Assembly: GCA_964016885.1 (NCBI GenBank)
Contig: OZ024744.1
Span: forward strand, 130,262,001 to 130,326,000
Source: Eledone cirrhosa
Taxonomy: Eukaryota
Reading direction: 5' to 3'
DNA length: 64,000 nucleotides
Shown here: piece after piece, positions 10,301-24,100 of the stretch
How the letters are laid out: every line of letters starts with the position of its first letter
How positions within the stretch are numbered: position 1 is the stretch's first letter
Position numbers and translations under genes: made by a program
The notes under the pieces: model-generated
Database searches by the model: none
What the model was told of the DNA's origin: nothing
Seen by the model: only the letters and a program-made list of their open reading frames with translations

Positions 10301-12894
10301 AAGTTGGGGTTAAGTTAAGTCGGGGTTAAGTTAAGTTGGGGTTAAGTTAAGTTGGGGTTAAGTTAAGTTGGGGTTAAGTTAAGTTGGGGTTAAGTTAAGT
10401 TGGGGTTAAGTTAAGTTGGGGTTAAGTTAAGTTGAGGTTAAGTTAAGTTGGGGTTAAATTAAGTTGGGGTTAAGTTAAGTTGGGGTTAAGTTAAGTTGGG
10501 GTTAAGTTAAGTTGGGGATAAGTTAAGTTGGGTTTAAGTTAAGTTGGGGTTAAGTTAAGTTGGGGATAAGTTAAGTTGGGGTTAAGTTAAGTTGGGGTTA
10601 ATTTAAGTTGGGGTTAAGTTAAGTTGGGGCTAAGTTAAGTTGGGGCTGAGTTAAGTTGGGGTTAAGTTAAGTTGGGGTTAAGTTAAGTTGGGGTTAATTT
10701 AAGTTGGGGTTTATTTAAGTTGGGGTTAAGTTAAGTTGGGGTTCAGTTAAGTTGGGGTTAAGTTAAGTTGGGGTTAAGATGGGGTTAAATTAAGTTGGGG
10801 TTAAGTTAAGTTTGAGTTTAAGTTAAGTTGGGGTTAAGTTAAGTTGGGGTTAAGTTAAGTTGGGATTAAGTTAAGTTGGTTAGTTAAGTTGAGTTTAAGT
10901 TAAGTTGGGGTTAATTTAAGTTGGGGTTAAGTTAAGCTGGGGTTAAGTTAAGTTGGGGTTAAGTTAAGTTGGGGTTAATTTAAGTTGGGGTTAATTTAAG
11001 TCGGGGTTAAGTTAAGTTGTGGTTGAGTTAAGTTGGGGTTAATTTAAGTTGGGGCTAAGTTAATTTGTGGTTAAGTTAAGTTGGGGTTAAGTTAAGTTGG
11101 GGTTAAGTTAAGTTGGGGTTGAGTTAAGTTGGGGTTGAGTTAATTTGGGGTTAAGTTAAGTTGGGGTTAAGTTAAGTTGGGTTTAAGTTAAGTTGGGGTT
11201 AAATTAAGTTGGGGTTAAATTAAGTTGGGGTTAAGTTAAGTTGGGGGTAAGTTAAGTTGGGGGCAAGTTAAGTTGGGGTTAATTTAAGTTGGGGTTAAAT
11301 TAAGTTGGGGTTACGTTAAGTTGGTGTTAAGTTAAGTTGGGGTTAATTTAAGTTGGGGTTGAGTTAAGTTGGGGTTCAGTTAAGTTGGGGATAAGTTAAG
11401 TTGGGGTTAAGTTAAGTTGGGGTTAATTAAGTTGAGGTTAAGTTAAGTTGGGGTTAAGTTAAGTTCGGGCTAAGTTAAGTTGGGGCTGAGTTAAGTTGGG
11501 GCTGAGTTAAGTTGGGGTTAAGTTAAGTTGGGGTTGAGTTAAGTTGGGGTTAAGTTAAGTTGGGGTCAAGTTAAGTTGGGGTTAAGTTGGGGTTAAGTTA
11601 AGTTAGGTTTAAGTTAAGTTGGGGTTAAGTTAAGTTGGGGTTAAGTTAAGTTGGGGTTAAGTTAAGTTGGGGTTAAGTTAAGTTGGGGTTAAGTTAATTT
11701 GTGGTTTAGTTAAGTTTGGGTTAAGTTAAGTTGGGGTTAAGTTAAGTTGGGGTTAAGTTAAGTCGTGGTTAAGTTAAGTTGGGGTTAAGTTAAGTTGGAG
11801 TTAAGTTAAGTTGGGGTTAAGTTAAGTTGGGGTTAAGTTAAGTTGGGGTTAAGTTAAGTTGGGGTTAAGTTAAGTTGAGGTTAAGTTAAGTTGGGGTTAA
11901 ATTAAGTTGGGGTTAAGTTAAGTTGGGGTTAAGTTAAGTTGGGGATAAGTTAAGTTGGGGATAATTTAAGTTGGGGTTAAGTTAAGTTGGGGTTAAGTTA
12001 AGTTGGGGTTAAGTTAAGTTGGGGATAAGTTAAGTTGGGGTTAAGTTAAGTTGGGGTTAAGTTAAGTTGGGGTTAAGTTAAGTTGGGGCTAAGTTAAGTT
12101 GGGGCTGAGTTAAGTTGGGGTTAAGTTAAGTTGGGGGTTAAGTTAAGTTGGGGTTAATTTAAGTTGGGGTTTATTTAAGTTGGGGTTAAGTTAAGTTGGG
12201 GTTCAGTTAAGTTGGGGTTAAGTTAAGTTGGGGTTAAGATGGGGTTAAATTAAGTTGGGGTTAAGTTAAGTTGGGGTTAAGTTAAGTTGGGGTTAAGTTA
12301 AGTTGGGGTTAAGTTAAGTCGGGGTTAAGTTAAGTCGGGGGTAAGTTAAGTTAGGGTTCAGTTAAGTTGGGGTTAAGTTAAGTTGGGGTTGAGTTAAGTT
12401 GGGGTTGAGTTAAATTGGGGTTGTGTTAAGTTGGGGTTGAGTTAAGTTGGTGTTGAGTTAAGTTGGGGTTAAGTTAAGTTGGGGTTAAGTTAAGTTGCAG
12501 TTAAGTTAAGTTGAGGTTAAGTTAAGGTGCGGTTAAGTTAAGTTGGGGTTAAGTTAAGTTGGGGCTAAGTTAAGTTGGGGCTAAGTTAAGTTGGGGCTAA
12601 GTTAAGTTGGGGTTAAGTTACGTTGGGGTTAAGTTAAGTCGGGGTTAAGTTAAGTTGGGGTTAAGTTAAGTTGGGGTTAATTTAAGTTGGGGTTAAGTTA
12701 AGTTGGGGTTAAGTTAAGTTGGGGTTAAGTTAAGTTGGGGTTAAGTTGGGTTTAAGTTAAGTTGGGGTTAAGTTAAGTTGGGGTCAAGTTAAGTTGGGGT
12801 TAAGTTAAGTTGGTTAGTTAAGTTGAGTTTAAGTTAAGTTGGGGTTAATTTAAGTTGGGGTTAAGTTAAGTTGGGGTTAAGTTAAGTTGGGGTT

Positions 12895-13111
12895 AACCCC
12901 AACTTAACTTAACCCCAACTTAACTTAACCCCAACTTCACTCAACCCCAACGTAACTCAACCCCAATTTAACTTAACCCCAACTTCACTCAACCCCAACT
13001 TAACTTAACCCCAACTTCACTCAATCCCAACTTAAGTCAACCCCAACTTAACTTAACCCCAACTTGACTTAACCCCAACTTAACTTAGCCCCAACTTAAC
13101 TTAAGCCCAAA
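12895..13111 (-). repeat. Inverted satellite block 4 (217-bp allele)
   Basis: C-rich monomers; markers CCCCAATTTAAC and CAATCCCAAC. Confidence 0.95.
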
Positions 13112-16100
13112 GTCGGGGTTAAGTTAAGTTGGCGTTAAGTTAAGTTAGGCTTAACTTAAGTTGGGGGTAAGTTAAGTTGGGGGTAAGTTAAGTTGGGGTT
13201 AAGTTAAGTTGCGGTTAAGTTGGGGGTTAAGTTAAGTTAGGGTTAAGTTAAGTTGGCGTTGAGTTAAGTTGGGGTTAATTAAGTGGTGGTTATGTTAAGT
13301 TGGGGTTAATTTAAGTTGGGGTTAAGTTGGGGTTGAGTTAAGTTGGGGTGAAGTTAACTTTGTGGTTAAGTTAAGTTGGGGTTAAGTTAAGTTGGGGTTA
13401 AGTTGGGGTTGAGTTAAGTTGGGGTTGAGTGAAGTTGGGGTTAAGTTAAGTTGGGGTAAAGTTAAGTTGGGGTTAAGTTAAGTCGGGGTTAAGTTAAGTT
13501 GTGGTTGAGTTAAGTTGGGGTTAATTTAAGTTGGGGCTAAGTTAATTTGTGGTTAAGTTAAGTTGGGGTTAAGTTAAGTTGGGGTTAAGTTAAGTTGGGG
13601 TTAAGTTAAGTTGCAGTTAAGTTAAGTTGAGGTTAAGTTAAGTTGGGGTTAAGTTAAGTTGGGGTTAAGTTAAGTTGGGGCTAAGTTAAGTTGGGGCTAA
13701 GTTAAGTTGGGGCTAAGTTAAGTTGGGGTTAAGTTAAGTTGGGGTTAAGTTAAGTTGGGGTTAAGTTAAGTCGGGGTTAAGTTAAGTTGGTGTTAAGTTA
13801 AGTTGGGGCTAAGTTAAGTTGGGGCTGAGTTAAGTTGGGGCTGAGTTAAGTTGGGGTTAAGTTAAGTTGGGGTTGAGTTAAGTTGGGGTTAAGTTAAGTT
13901 GGGGTCAAGTTAAGTTGGGGTTAAGTTAAGTTGGGGTTAAGTTAAGTTGGGGTTAAGTTAAGTTGGGGTTAAGTTAAGTTGGGGTTAAGTTAATTTGTGG
14001 TTAAGTTAAGTTGGGGTTAATTTAAGTTGGGGTTAAGTTAAGTTGGGGTTAAGTTAAGTCGGGGTTAAGTTAAGTTGGGGTTAAGTTAAGTTGGGGTTAA
14101 TTTAAGTTGGGGTTAAGTTAAGTTGGGGTTAAGTTAAGTTGGGGTTAAGTTAAGTTGGGGATAATTTAAGTTGGGGTTAAGTTAAGTTTGGGTTTAAGTT
14201 AAGTTGGGGTTAAGTTAAGTTGGGGTTAAGTTAAGTTGGGGTTAAGTTAATTTGTAGTTAAGTTAAGTTGGGGTTAAGTTAAGTTGGGGTTGAGTTAAGT
14301 TGGGGCTGAGTTAATTTGGGGTTAAGTTAAGTTGGGGTTAAGTTAAGTTGGGTTTAAGTTAAGTTGGGGTTAAATTAAGTTGGGGTTAAATTAAGTTGGG
14401 GTTAAGTTAAGTTGGGGGTAAGTTAAGTTGGGGGCAAGTTAAGTTGGGGTTAATTTAAGTTGGGGTTAAATTAAGTTGGGGTTACGTTAAGTTGGTGTTA
14501 AGTTAAGTTGGGGTTAAGTTAAGTTGGGGTTAAGTTAAGTTGGGGTTAAGTTAATTTGTGGTTAAGTTAAGTTGGGGTTAAGTTAAGTTGGGGTTGAGTT
14601 AAGTTGGGGCTGAGTTAATTTGGGGTTAAGTTAAGTTGGGGTTAAGTTAAGTTGGGTTTAAGTTAAGTTGGGGTTAAATTAAGTTGGGGTTAAATTAAGT
14701 TGGGGTTAAGTTAAGTTGGGGGTAAGTTAAGTTGGGGGCAAGTTAAGTTGGGGTTAATTTAAGTTGGGGTTAAATTAAGTTGGGGTTACGTTAAGTTGGT
14801 GTTAAGTTAAGTTGGGGTTAATTTAAGTTGGGGTTAATTAAGTTGGGGTTAAGTTAAGTTGGGGTTAAGTTAAGTTGGGGTTAATTTAAGTTGGGGTTGA
14901 GTTAAGTTGGGGTTAAGTTAAGTTGGGGTTATATTAAGTTGGGGTTAAGTTAAGTTGGGGTTCAGTTAAGTTGGGGTTAAGTTAAGTTGGGGTTAAGTTA
15001 AGTTGAGGTTAAGTTAAGTTGGGGTTAAGTTAAGTTGGTGTTAAGTTAAGTTGGGGCTAAGTTAAGTTGGGGCTGAGTTAAGTTGGGGCTGAGTTAAGTT
15101 GGGGCTAAGTTAAGTTGGGGTTGAGTTAAGTTGGGGTTAAGTTGGGGTTAAGTTAAGTTAGGTTTAAGTTAATTTGGGGTTAAGTTAAGTTGGGGTTAAG
15201 TTAAGTTGGGGTTAAGTTAAGTTGGGGTTAAGTTAAGTTGGGGTTAAGTTAAGTTGGGGTTGAGTTAATTTGTGGTTAAGTTAAGTTGTGGTTAAGTTAA
15301 GTTGGGGTTAAGTTAAGTTGGGGTTAAGTTAAGTCGGGGTTAAGTTAAGTTGGGGTTAAGTTAAGTTGGTTAGTTAAGTTGAGTTTAAGTTAAGTTGGGG
15401 TTAATTTAAGTTGGGGTTAAGTTAAGCTGGGGTTAAGTTAAGTTGGGGTTAAGTTAAGTTGGGGTTAAGTTAAGTCGGGGTTAAGTTAAGTTGGGGTTAA
15501 GTTAAGTTGGGGTTAATTTAAGTTGGGGTTAAGTTAAGTTGGGGTTAAGTTAAGTTGGGGTTAAGTTAAGTTGGGGTTAAGTTAAGTTGGGGATAATTTA
15601 AGTTGGGGTTAAGTTAAGTTTGAGTTTAAGTTAAGTTGGGGTTAAGTTAAGTTGGGGTTAAGTTAAGTTGGGGTTAATTTAAGTTGGTTAGTTAAGTTGA
15701 GTTTAAGTTAAGTTGGGGTTAATTTAAGTTGGGGTTAAGTTAAGCTGGGGTTAAGTTAAGTTGGGGTTAAGTTAAGTTGGGGTTAATTTAAGTTGGGGTT
15801 AATTTAAGTCGGGGTTAAGTTAAGTTGTGGTTGAGTTAAGTTTGGGTTAATTTAAGTTGGGGCTAAGTTAATTTGTGGTTAAGTTAAGTTTGGGTTAAGT
15901 TAAGTTGGGGTTAAGTTAAGTTGGGGTTGAGTTAAGTTGGGGTTGAGTTAATTTGGGGTTAAGTTAAGTTGGGGTTAAGTTAAGTTGGGTTTAAGTTAAG
16001 TTGGGGTTAAATTAAGTTGGGGTTAAATTAAGTTGGGGTTAAGTTAAGTTGGGGGTAAGTTAAGTTGGGGGCAAGTTAAGTTGGGGTTAATTTAAGTTGG

Positions 16101-19100
16101 GGTTAAATTAAGTTGGGGTTACGTTAAGTTGGTGTTAAGTTAAGTTGGGGTTAATTTAAGTTGGGGTTGAGTTAAGTTGGGTTTCAGTTAAGTTGGGGAT
16201 AAGTTAAGTTGGGGTTAAGTTAAGTTGGGGTTAATTAAGTTGGGGTTAAGTTAAGTTGGGGTTAAGTTAAGTTGGGGCTGAGTTAAGTTGGGGCTGAGTT
16301 AAGTTGGGGCTGAGTTAAGTTGGGGTTAAGTTAAGTTGGGGTTGAGTTAAGTTGGGGTTAAGTTAAGTTGGGGTCAAGTTAAGTTGGGGTTAAGTTGGGG
16401 TTAAGTTAAGTTAGGTTTAAGTTAAGTTGGGGTTAAGTTAAGTTGGGGTTAAGTTAAGTTGGGGTTAAGTTAAGTTGGGGTTAAGTTAAGTTGGGGTTAA
16501 GTTAAGTTGGGGTTAAGTTAAGTCGGAGTTAAGTTAAGTTGGGGTTAAGTTAAGTTGGGGTTAAGTTAAGTTGGGGTTAAGTTAAGTTGGGGTTAAGTTA
16601 AGTTGGGGTTAAGTTAAGTTGGGGTTAAGTTAAGTTGAGGTTAAGTTAAGTTGGGGTTAAATTAAGTTGGGGTTAAGTTAAGTTGGGGTTAAGTTAAGTT
16701 GGGGTTAAGTTAAGTTGGGGATAAGTTAAGTTGGGGATAATTTAAGTTGGGGTTAAGTTAAGTTGGGTTTAAGTTAAGTTGGGGTTAAGTTAAGTTGGGG
16801 ATAAGTTAAGTTGGGGTTAAGTTAAGTTGGGGTTAAGTTAAGTTGGGGTTAAGTTAAGTTGGGGCTAAGTTAAGTTGGGGCTGAGTTAAGTTGGGGTTAA
16901 GTTAAGTTGGGGTTAAGTTAAGTTGGGGTTAATTTAAGTTGGGGTTTATTTAAGTTGGGGTTAAAATAAGTTGGGGTTCAGTTAAGTTGGAGTTAAGTTA
17001 AGTTGGGGTTAAGATGGGGTTAAATTAAGTTGGGGTTAAGTTAAGTTTGAGTTTAAGTTAAGTTGGGGTTAAGTTAAGTTGGGGTTAAGTTAAGTTGGGA
17101 TTAAGTTAAGTTGGTTAGTTAAGTTGAGTTTAAGTTAAGTTGGGGTTAATTTAAGTTGGGCTTAAGTTAAGCTGGGGTTAAGTTAAGTTGGGGTTAAGTT
17201 AAGTTGGGGTTAATTTAAGTTGGGGTTAATTTAAGTCGGGGTTAAGTTAAGTTGTGGTTGAATTAAGTTGGGGTTAATTTAAGTTGGGGCTAAGTTAATT
17301 TGTGGTTAAGTTAAGTTGGGGTTAAGTTAAGTTGGGGTTAAGTTAAGTTGGGGTTGAGTTAAGTTGGGGTTGAGTTAATTTGGGGTTAAGTTAAGTTGGG
17401 GTTAAGTTAAGTTGGGTTTAAGTTAAGTTGGGGTTAAATTAAGTTGGGGTTAAGTTAAGTTGGGGTTAATTTAAGTTGGTTAGTTAAGTTGAGTTTAAGT
17501 TAAGTTGGGGTTAATTTAAGTTGGGGTTAGGTTAAGCTGGGGTTAAGTTAAGTTGGGGTTAAGTTAAGTTGGGATTAATTTAAGTTGGGGTTAATTTAAG
17601 TCGGGGTTAAGTTAAGTTGTGGTTGAGTTAAGTTTGGGTTAATTTAAGTTGGGGCTAAGTTAATTTGTGGTTAAGTTAAGTTGGGGTTAAGTTAAGTTGG
17701 GGTTAAGTTAAGTTGGGGTTGAGTTAAGTTGGGGTTGAGTTAATTTGGGATTAAGTTAAGTTGGGGTTAAGTTAAGTTGGGTTTAAGTTAAGTTGGGGTT
17801 AAATTAAGTTGGGGTTAAATTAAGTTGGGGTTAAGTTAAGTTGGGGGTAAGTTAAGTTGGGGGCAAGTTAAGTTGGGGTTAATTTAAGTTGGGGTTAAAT
17901 TAAGTTGGGGTTACGTTAAGTTGGTGTTAAGTTAAGTTGGGGTTAATTTAAGTTGGGGTTGAGTTAAGTTGGGGTTCAGTTAAGTTGGGGATAAGTTAAG
18001 TTGGGGTTAAGTTAAGTTGGGGTTAATTAAGTTGGGGTTAAGTTAAGTTGGGGTTAAGTTAAGTTGGGGCTAAGTTAAGTTGGGGCTGAGTTAAGTTGGG
18101 GCTGAGTTAAGTTGGGGTTAAGTTAAGTTGGGGTTGAGTTAAGTTGGGGTTAAGTTAAGTTGGGGTCAAGTTAAGTTGGGGTTAAGTTGGGGTTAAGTTA
18201 AGTTAGGTTTAAGTTAAGTTGGGGTTAAGTTAAGTTGGGGTTAAGTTAAGTTGGGGTTAAGTTAAGTTGGGGTTAAGTTAAGTTGGGGTTAAGTTAAGTT
18301 GGGGTTAAGTTAATTTGTGGTTTATTTAAGTTGGGATTAATTTAAGTTGGGGTTAAGTTAAGTTGGGGTTAAGTTAAGTCGGGGTTAAGTTAAGTTGGGG
18401 TTAAGTTAAGTTGGGGTTAAGTTAAGTTGGGGTTAAGTTAAGTTGGGGTTAAGTTAAGTTGGGGTTAAGTTAAGTTGGGGTTAAGTTAAGTTGAGGTTAA
18501 GTTAAGTTGGGGTTAAATTAAGTTGGGGTTAAGTTAAGTTGGGGTTAAGTTAAGTTGGGGTTAAGTTAAGTTGGGGATAAGTTAAGTTGGGTTTAAGTTA
18601 AGTTGGGGTTAAGTTAAGTTGGGGATAAGTTAAGTTGGGGTTAAGTTAAGTTGGGGTTAATTTAAGTTGGGGTTAAGTTAAGTTGGGGCTAAGTTAAGTT
18701 GGGGCTGAGTTAAGTTGGGGTTAAGTTAAGTTGGGGTTAAGTTAAGTTGGGGTTAATTTAAGTTGGGGTTTATTTAAGTTGGGGTTAAGTTAAGTTGGGG
18801 TTCAGTTAAGTTGGGGTTAAGTTAAGTTGGGGTTAAGATGGGGTTAAATTAAGTTGGGGTTAAGTTAAGTTTGAGTTTAAGTTAAGTTGGGGTTAAGTTA
18901 AGTTGGGGTTAAGTTAAGTTGGGATTAAGTTAAGTTGGTTAGTTAAGTTGAGTTTAAGTTAAGTTGGGGTTAATTTAAGTTGGGGTTAAGTTAAGCTGGG
19001 GTTAAGTTAAGTTGGGGTTAAGTTAAGTTGGGGTTAATTTAAGTTGGGGTTAATTTAAGTCGGGGTTAAGTTAAGTTGTGGTTGAGTTAAGTTGGGGTTA

Positions 19101-20954
19101 ATTTAAGTTGGGGCTAAGTTAATTTGTGGTTAAGTTAAGTTGGGGTTAAGTTAAGTTGGGGTTAAGTTAAGTTGGGGTTGAGTTAAGTTGGGGTTGAGTT
19201 AATTTGGGGTTAAGTTAAGTTGGGGTTAAGTTAAGTTGGGTTTAAGTTAAGTTGGGGTTAAATTAAGTTGGGGTTAAATTAAGTTGGGGTTAAGTTAAGT
19301 TGGGGGTAAGTTAAGTTGGGGGCAAGTTAAGTTGGGGTTAATTTAAGTTGGGGTTAAATTAAGTTGGGGTTACGTTAAGTTGGTGTTAAGTTAAGTTGGG
19401 GTTAATTTAAGTTGGGGTTGAGTTAAGTTGGGGTTCAGTTAAGTTGGGGATAAGTTAAGTTGGGGTTAAGTTAAGTTGGGGTTAATTAAGTTGAGGTTAA
19501 GTTAAGTTGGGGTTAAGTTAAGTTCGGGCTAAGTTAAGTTGGGGCTGAGTTAAGTTGGGGCTGAGTTAAGTTGGGGTTAAGTTAAGTTGGGGTTGAGTTA
19601 AGTTGGGGTTAAGTTAAGTTGGGGTCAAGTTAAGTTGGGGTTAAGTTGGGGTTAAGTTAAGTTAGGTTTAAGTTAAGTTGGGGTTAAGTTAAGTTGGGGT
19701 TAAGTTAAGTTGGGGTTAAGTTAAGTTGGGGTTAAGTTAAGTTGGGGTTAAGTTAATTTGTGGTTTAGTTAAGTTTGGGTTAAGTTAAGTTGGGGTTAAG
19801 TTAAGTTGGGGTTAAGTTAAGTCGTGGTTAAGTTAAGTTGGGGTTAAGTTAAGTTGGAGTTAAGTTAAGTTGGGGTTAAGTTAAGTTGGGGTTAAGTTAA
19901 GTTGGGGTTAAGTTAAGTTGGGGTTAAGTTAAGTTGAGGTTAAGTTAAGTTGGGGTTAAATTAAGTTGGGGTTAAGTTAAGTTGGGGTTAAGTTAAGTTG
20001 GGGATAAGTTAAGTTGGGGATAATTTAAGTTGGGGTTAAGTTAAGTTGGGGTTAAGTTAAGTTGGGGTTAAGTTAAGTTGGGGATAAGTTAAGTTGGGGT
20101 TAAGTTAAGTTGGGGTTAAGTTAAGTTGGGGTTAAGTTAAGTTGGGGCTAAGTTAAGTTGGGGCTGAGTTAAGTTGGGGTTAAGTTAAGTTGGGGGTTAA
20201 GTTAAGTTGGGGTTAATTTAAGTTGGGGTTTATTTAAGTTGGGGTTTAATTTAAGTTGGGGTTCAGTTAAGTTGGGGTTAAGTTAAGTTGGGGTTAAGAT
20301 GGGGTTAAATTAAGTTGGGGTTAAGTTAAGTTGGGGTTAAGTTAAGTTGGGGTTAAGTTAAGTTGGGGTTAAGTTAAGTCGGGGTTAAGTTAAGTCGGGG
20401 GTAAGTTAAGTTAGGGTTCAGTTAAGTTGGGGTTAAGTTAAGTTGGGGTTGAGTTAAGTTGGGGTTGAGTTAAATTGGGGTTGTGTTAAGTTGGGGTTGA
20501 GTTAAGTTGGTGTTGAGTTAAGTTGGGGTTAAGTTAAGTTGGGGTTAAGTTAAGTTGCAGTTAAGTTAAGTTGAGGTTAAGTTAAGGTGCGGTTAAGTTA
20601 AGTTGGGGTTAAGTTAAGTTGGGGCTAAGTTAAGTTGGGGCTAAGTTAAGTTGGGGCTAAGTTAAGTTGGGGTTAAGTTACGTTGGGGTTAAGTTAAGTC
20701 GGGGTTAAGTTAAGTTGGGGTTAAGTTAAGTTGGGGTTAATTTAAGTTGGGGTTAAGTTAAGTTGGGGTTAAGTTAAGTTGGGGTTAAGTTAAGTTGGGG
20801 TTAAGTTGGGTTTAAGTTAAGTTGGGGTTAAGTTAAGTTGGGGTCAAGTTAAGTTGGGGTTAAGTTAAGTTGGTTAGTTAAGTTGAGTTTAAGTTAAGTT
20901 GGGGTTAATTTAAGTTGGGGTTAAGTTAAGTTGGGGTTAAGTTAAGTTGGGGTT

Positions 20955-21171
20955 AACCCCAACTTAACTTAACCCCAACTTAACTTAACCCCAACTTCAC
21001 TCAACCCCAACGTAACTCAACCCCAATTTAACTTAACCCCAACTTCACTCAACCCCAACTTAACTTAACCCCAACTTCACTCAATCCCAACTTAAGTCAA
21101 CCCCAACTTAACTTAACCCCAACTTGACTTAACCCCAACTTAACTTAGCCCCAACTTAACTTAAGCCCAAA
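20955..21171 (-). repeat. Inverted satellite block 5 (217-bp allele)
   Basis: Same markers as block 4, offset 8060. Confidence 0.95.
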
Positions 21172-24100
21172 GTCGGGGTTAAGTTAAGTTGGCGTTAAGT
21201 TAAGTTAGGCTTAACTTAAGTTGGGGGTAAGTTAAGTTGGGGGTAAGTTAAGTTGGGGTTAAGTTAAGTTGCGGTTAAGTTGGGGGTTAAGTTAAGTTAG
21301 GGTTAAGTTAAGTTGGCGTTGAGTTAAGTTGGGGTTAATTAAGTGGTGGTTATGTTAAGTTGGGGTTAATTTAAGTTGGGGTTAAGTTGGGGTTGAGTTA
21401 AGTTGGGGTGAAGTTAACTTTGTGGTTAAGTTAAGTTGGGGTTAAGTTAAGTTGGGGTTAAGTTGGGGTTGAGTTAAGTTGGGGTTGAGTGAAGTTGGGG
21501 TTAAGTTAAGTTGGGGTAAAGTTAAGTTGGGGTTAAGTTAAGTCGGGGTTAAGTTAAGTTGTGGTTGAGTTAAGTTGGGGTTAATTTAAGTTGGGGCTAA
21601 GTTAATTTGTGGTTAAGTTAAGTTGGGGTTAAGTTAAGTTGGGGTTAAGTTAAGTTGGGGTTAAGTTAAGTTGCAGTTAAGTTAAGTTGAGGTTAAGTTA
21701 AGTTGGGGTTAAGTTAAGTTGGGGTTAAGTTAAGTTGGGGCTAAGTTAAGTTGGGGCTAAGTTAAGTTGGGGCTAAGTTAAGTTGGGGTTAAGTTAAGTT
21801 GGGGTTAAGTTAAGTTGGGGTTAAGTTAAGTCGGGGTTAAGTTAAGTTGGTGTTAAGTTAAGTTGGGGCTAAGTTAAGTTGGGGCTGAGTTAAGTTGGGG
21901 CTGAGTTAAGTTGGGGTTAAGTTAAGTTGGGGTTGAGTTAAGTTGGGGTTAAGTTAAGTTGGGGTCAAGTTAAGTTGGGGTTAAGTTGGGGTTAATTTAA
22001 GTTAGGCTTAAGTTAAGTTGGGGTTAAGTTAAGTTGGGGTTAAGTTAAGTTGGGGTTAAGTTAAGTTGGGGTTAAGTTAAGTTGGGGTTAAGTTAATTTG
22101 TGGTTAAGTTAAGTTGGGGTTAATTTAAGTTGGGGTTAAGTTAAGTTGGGGTTAAGTTAAGTCGGGGTTAAGTTAAGTTGGGGTTAAGTTAAGTTGGGGT
22201 TAATTTAAGTTGGGGTTAAGTTAAGTTGGGGTTAAGTTAAGTTGGGGTTAAGTTAAGTTGGGGATAATTTAAGTTGGGGTTAAGTTAAGTTTGGGTTTAA
22301 GTTAAGTTGGGGTTAAGTTAAGTTGGGGTTAAGTTAAGTTGGGGTTAAGTTAATTTGTAGTTAAGTTAAGTTGGGGTTAAGTTAAGTTGGGGTTGAGTTA
22401 AGTTGGGGCTGAGTTAATTTGGGGTTAAGTTAAGTTGGGGTTAAGTTAAGTTGGGTTTAAGTTAAGTTGGGGTTAAATTAAGTTGGGGTTAAATTAAGTT
22501 GGGGTTAAGTTAAGTTGGGGGTAAGTTAAGTTGGGGGCAAGTTAAGTTGGGGTTAATTTAAGTTGGGGTTAAATTAAGTTGGGGTTACGTTAAGTTGGTG
22601 TTAAGTTAAGTTGGGGTTAAGTTAAGTTGGGGTTAAGTTAAGTTGGGGTTAAGTTAATTTGTGGTTAAGTTAAGTTGGGGTTAAGTTAAGTTGGGGTTGA
22701 GTTAAGTTGGGGCTGAGTTAATTTGGGGTTAAGTTAAGTTGGGGTTAAGTTAAGTTGGGTTTAAGTTAAGTTGGGGTTAAATTAAGTTGGGGTTAAATTA
22801 AGTTGGGGTTAAGTTAAGTTGGGGGTAAGTTAAGTTGGGGGCAAGTTAAGTTGGGGTTAATTTAAGTTGGGGTTAAATTAAGTTGGGGTTACGTTAAGTT
22901 GGTGTTAAGTTAAGTTGGGGTTAATTTAAGTTGGGGTTAATTAAGTTGGGGTTAAGTTAAGTTGGGGTTAAGTTAAGTTGGGGTTAATTTAAGTTGGGGT
23001 TGAGTTAAGTTGGGGTTAAGTTAAGTTGGGGTTATATTAAGTTGGGGTTAAGTTAAGTTGGGGTTCAGTTAAGTTGGGGTTAAGTTAAGTTGGGGTTAAG
23101 TTAAGTTGAGGTTAAGTTAAGTTGGGGTTAAGTTAAGTTGGTGTTAAGTTAAGTTGGGGCTAAGTTAAGTTGGGGCTGAGTTAAGTTGGGGCTGAGTTAA
23201 GTTGGGGCTAAGTTAAGTTGGGGTTGAGTTAAGTTGGGGTTAAGTTGGGGTTAAGTTAAGTTAGGTTTAAGTTAATTTGGGGTTAAGTTAAGTTGGGGTT
23301 AAGTTAAGTTGGGGTTAAGTTAAGTTGGGGTTAAGTTAAGTTGGGGTTAAGTTAAGTTGGGGTTGAGTTAATTTGTGGTTAAGTTAAGTTGTGGTTAAGT
23401 TAAGTTGGGGTTAAGTTAAGTTGGGGTTAAGTTAAGTCGGGGTTAAGTTAAGTTGGGGTTAAGTTAAGTTGGTTAGTTAAGTTGAGTTTAAGTTAAGTTG
23501 GGGTTAATTTAAGTTGGGGTTAAGTTAAGCTGGGGTTAAGTTAAGTTGGGGTTAAGTTAAGTTGGGGTTAAGTTAAGTCGGGGTTAAGTTAAGTTGGGGT
23601 TAAGTTAAGTTGGGGTTAATTTAAGTTGGGGTTAAGTTAAGTTGGGGTTAAGTTAAGTTGGGGTTAAGTTAAGTTGGGGTTAAGTTAAGTTGGGGATAAT
23701 TTAAGTTGGGGTTAAGTTAAGTTTGAGTTTAAGTTAAGTTGGGGTTAAGTTAAGTTGGGGTTAAGTTAAGTTGGGGTTAATTTAAGTTGGTTAGTTAAGT
23801 TGAGTTTAAGTTAAGTTGGGGTTAATTTAAGTTGGGGTTAAGTTAAGCTGGGGTTAAGTTAAGTTGGGGTTAAGTTAAGTTGGGGTTAATTTAAGTTGGG
23901 GTTAATTTAAGTCGGGGTTAAGTTAAGTTGTGGTTGAGTTAAGTTTGGGTTAATTTAAGTTGGGGCTAAGTTAATTTGTGGTTAAGTTAAGTTTGGGTTA
24001 AGTTAAGTTGGGGTTAAGTTAAGTTGGGGTTGAGTTAAGTTGGGGTTGAGTTAATTTGGGGTTAAGTTAAGTTGGGGTTAAGTTAAGTTGGGTTTAAGTT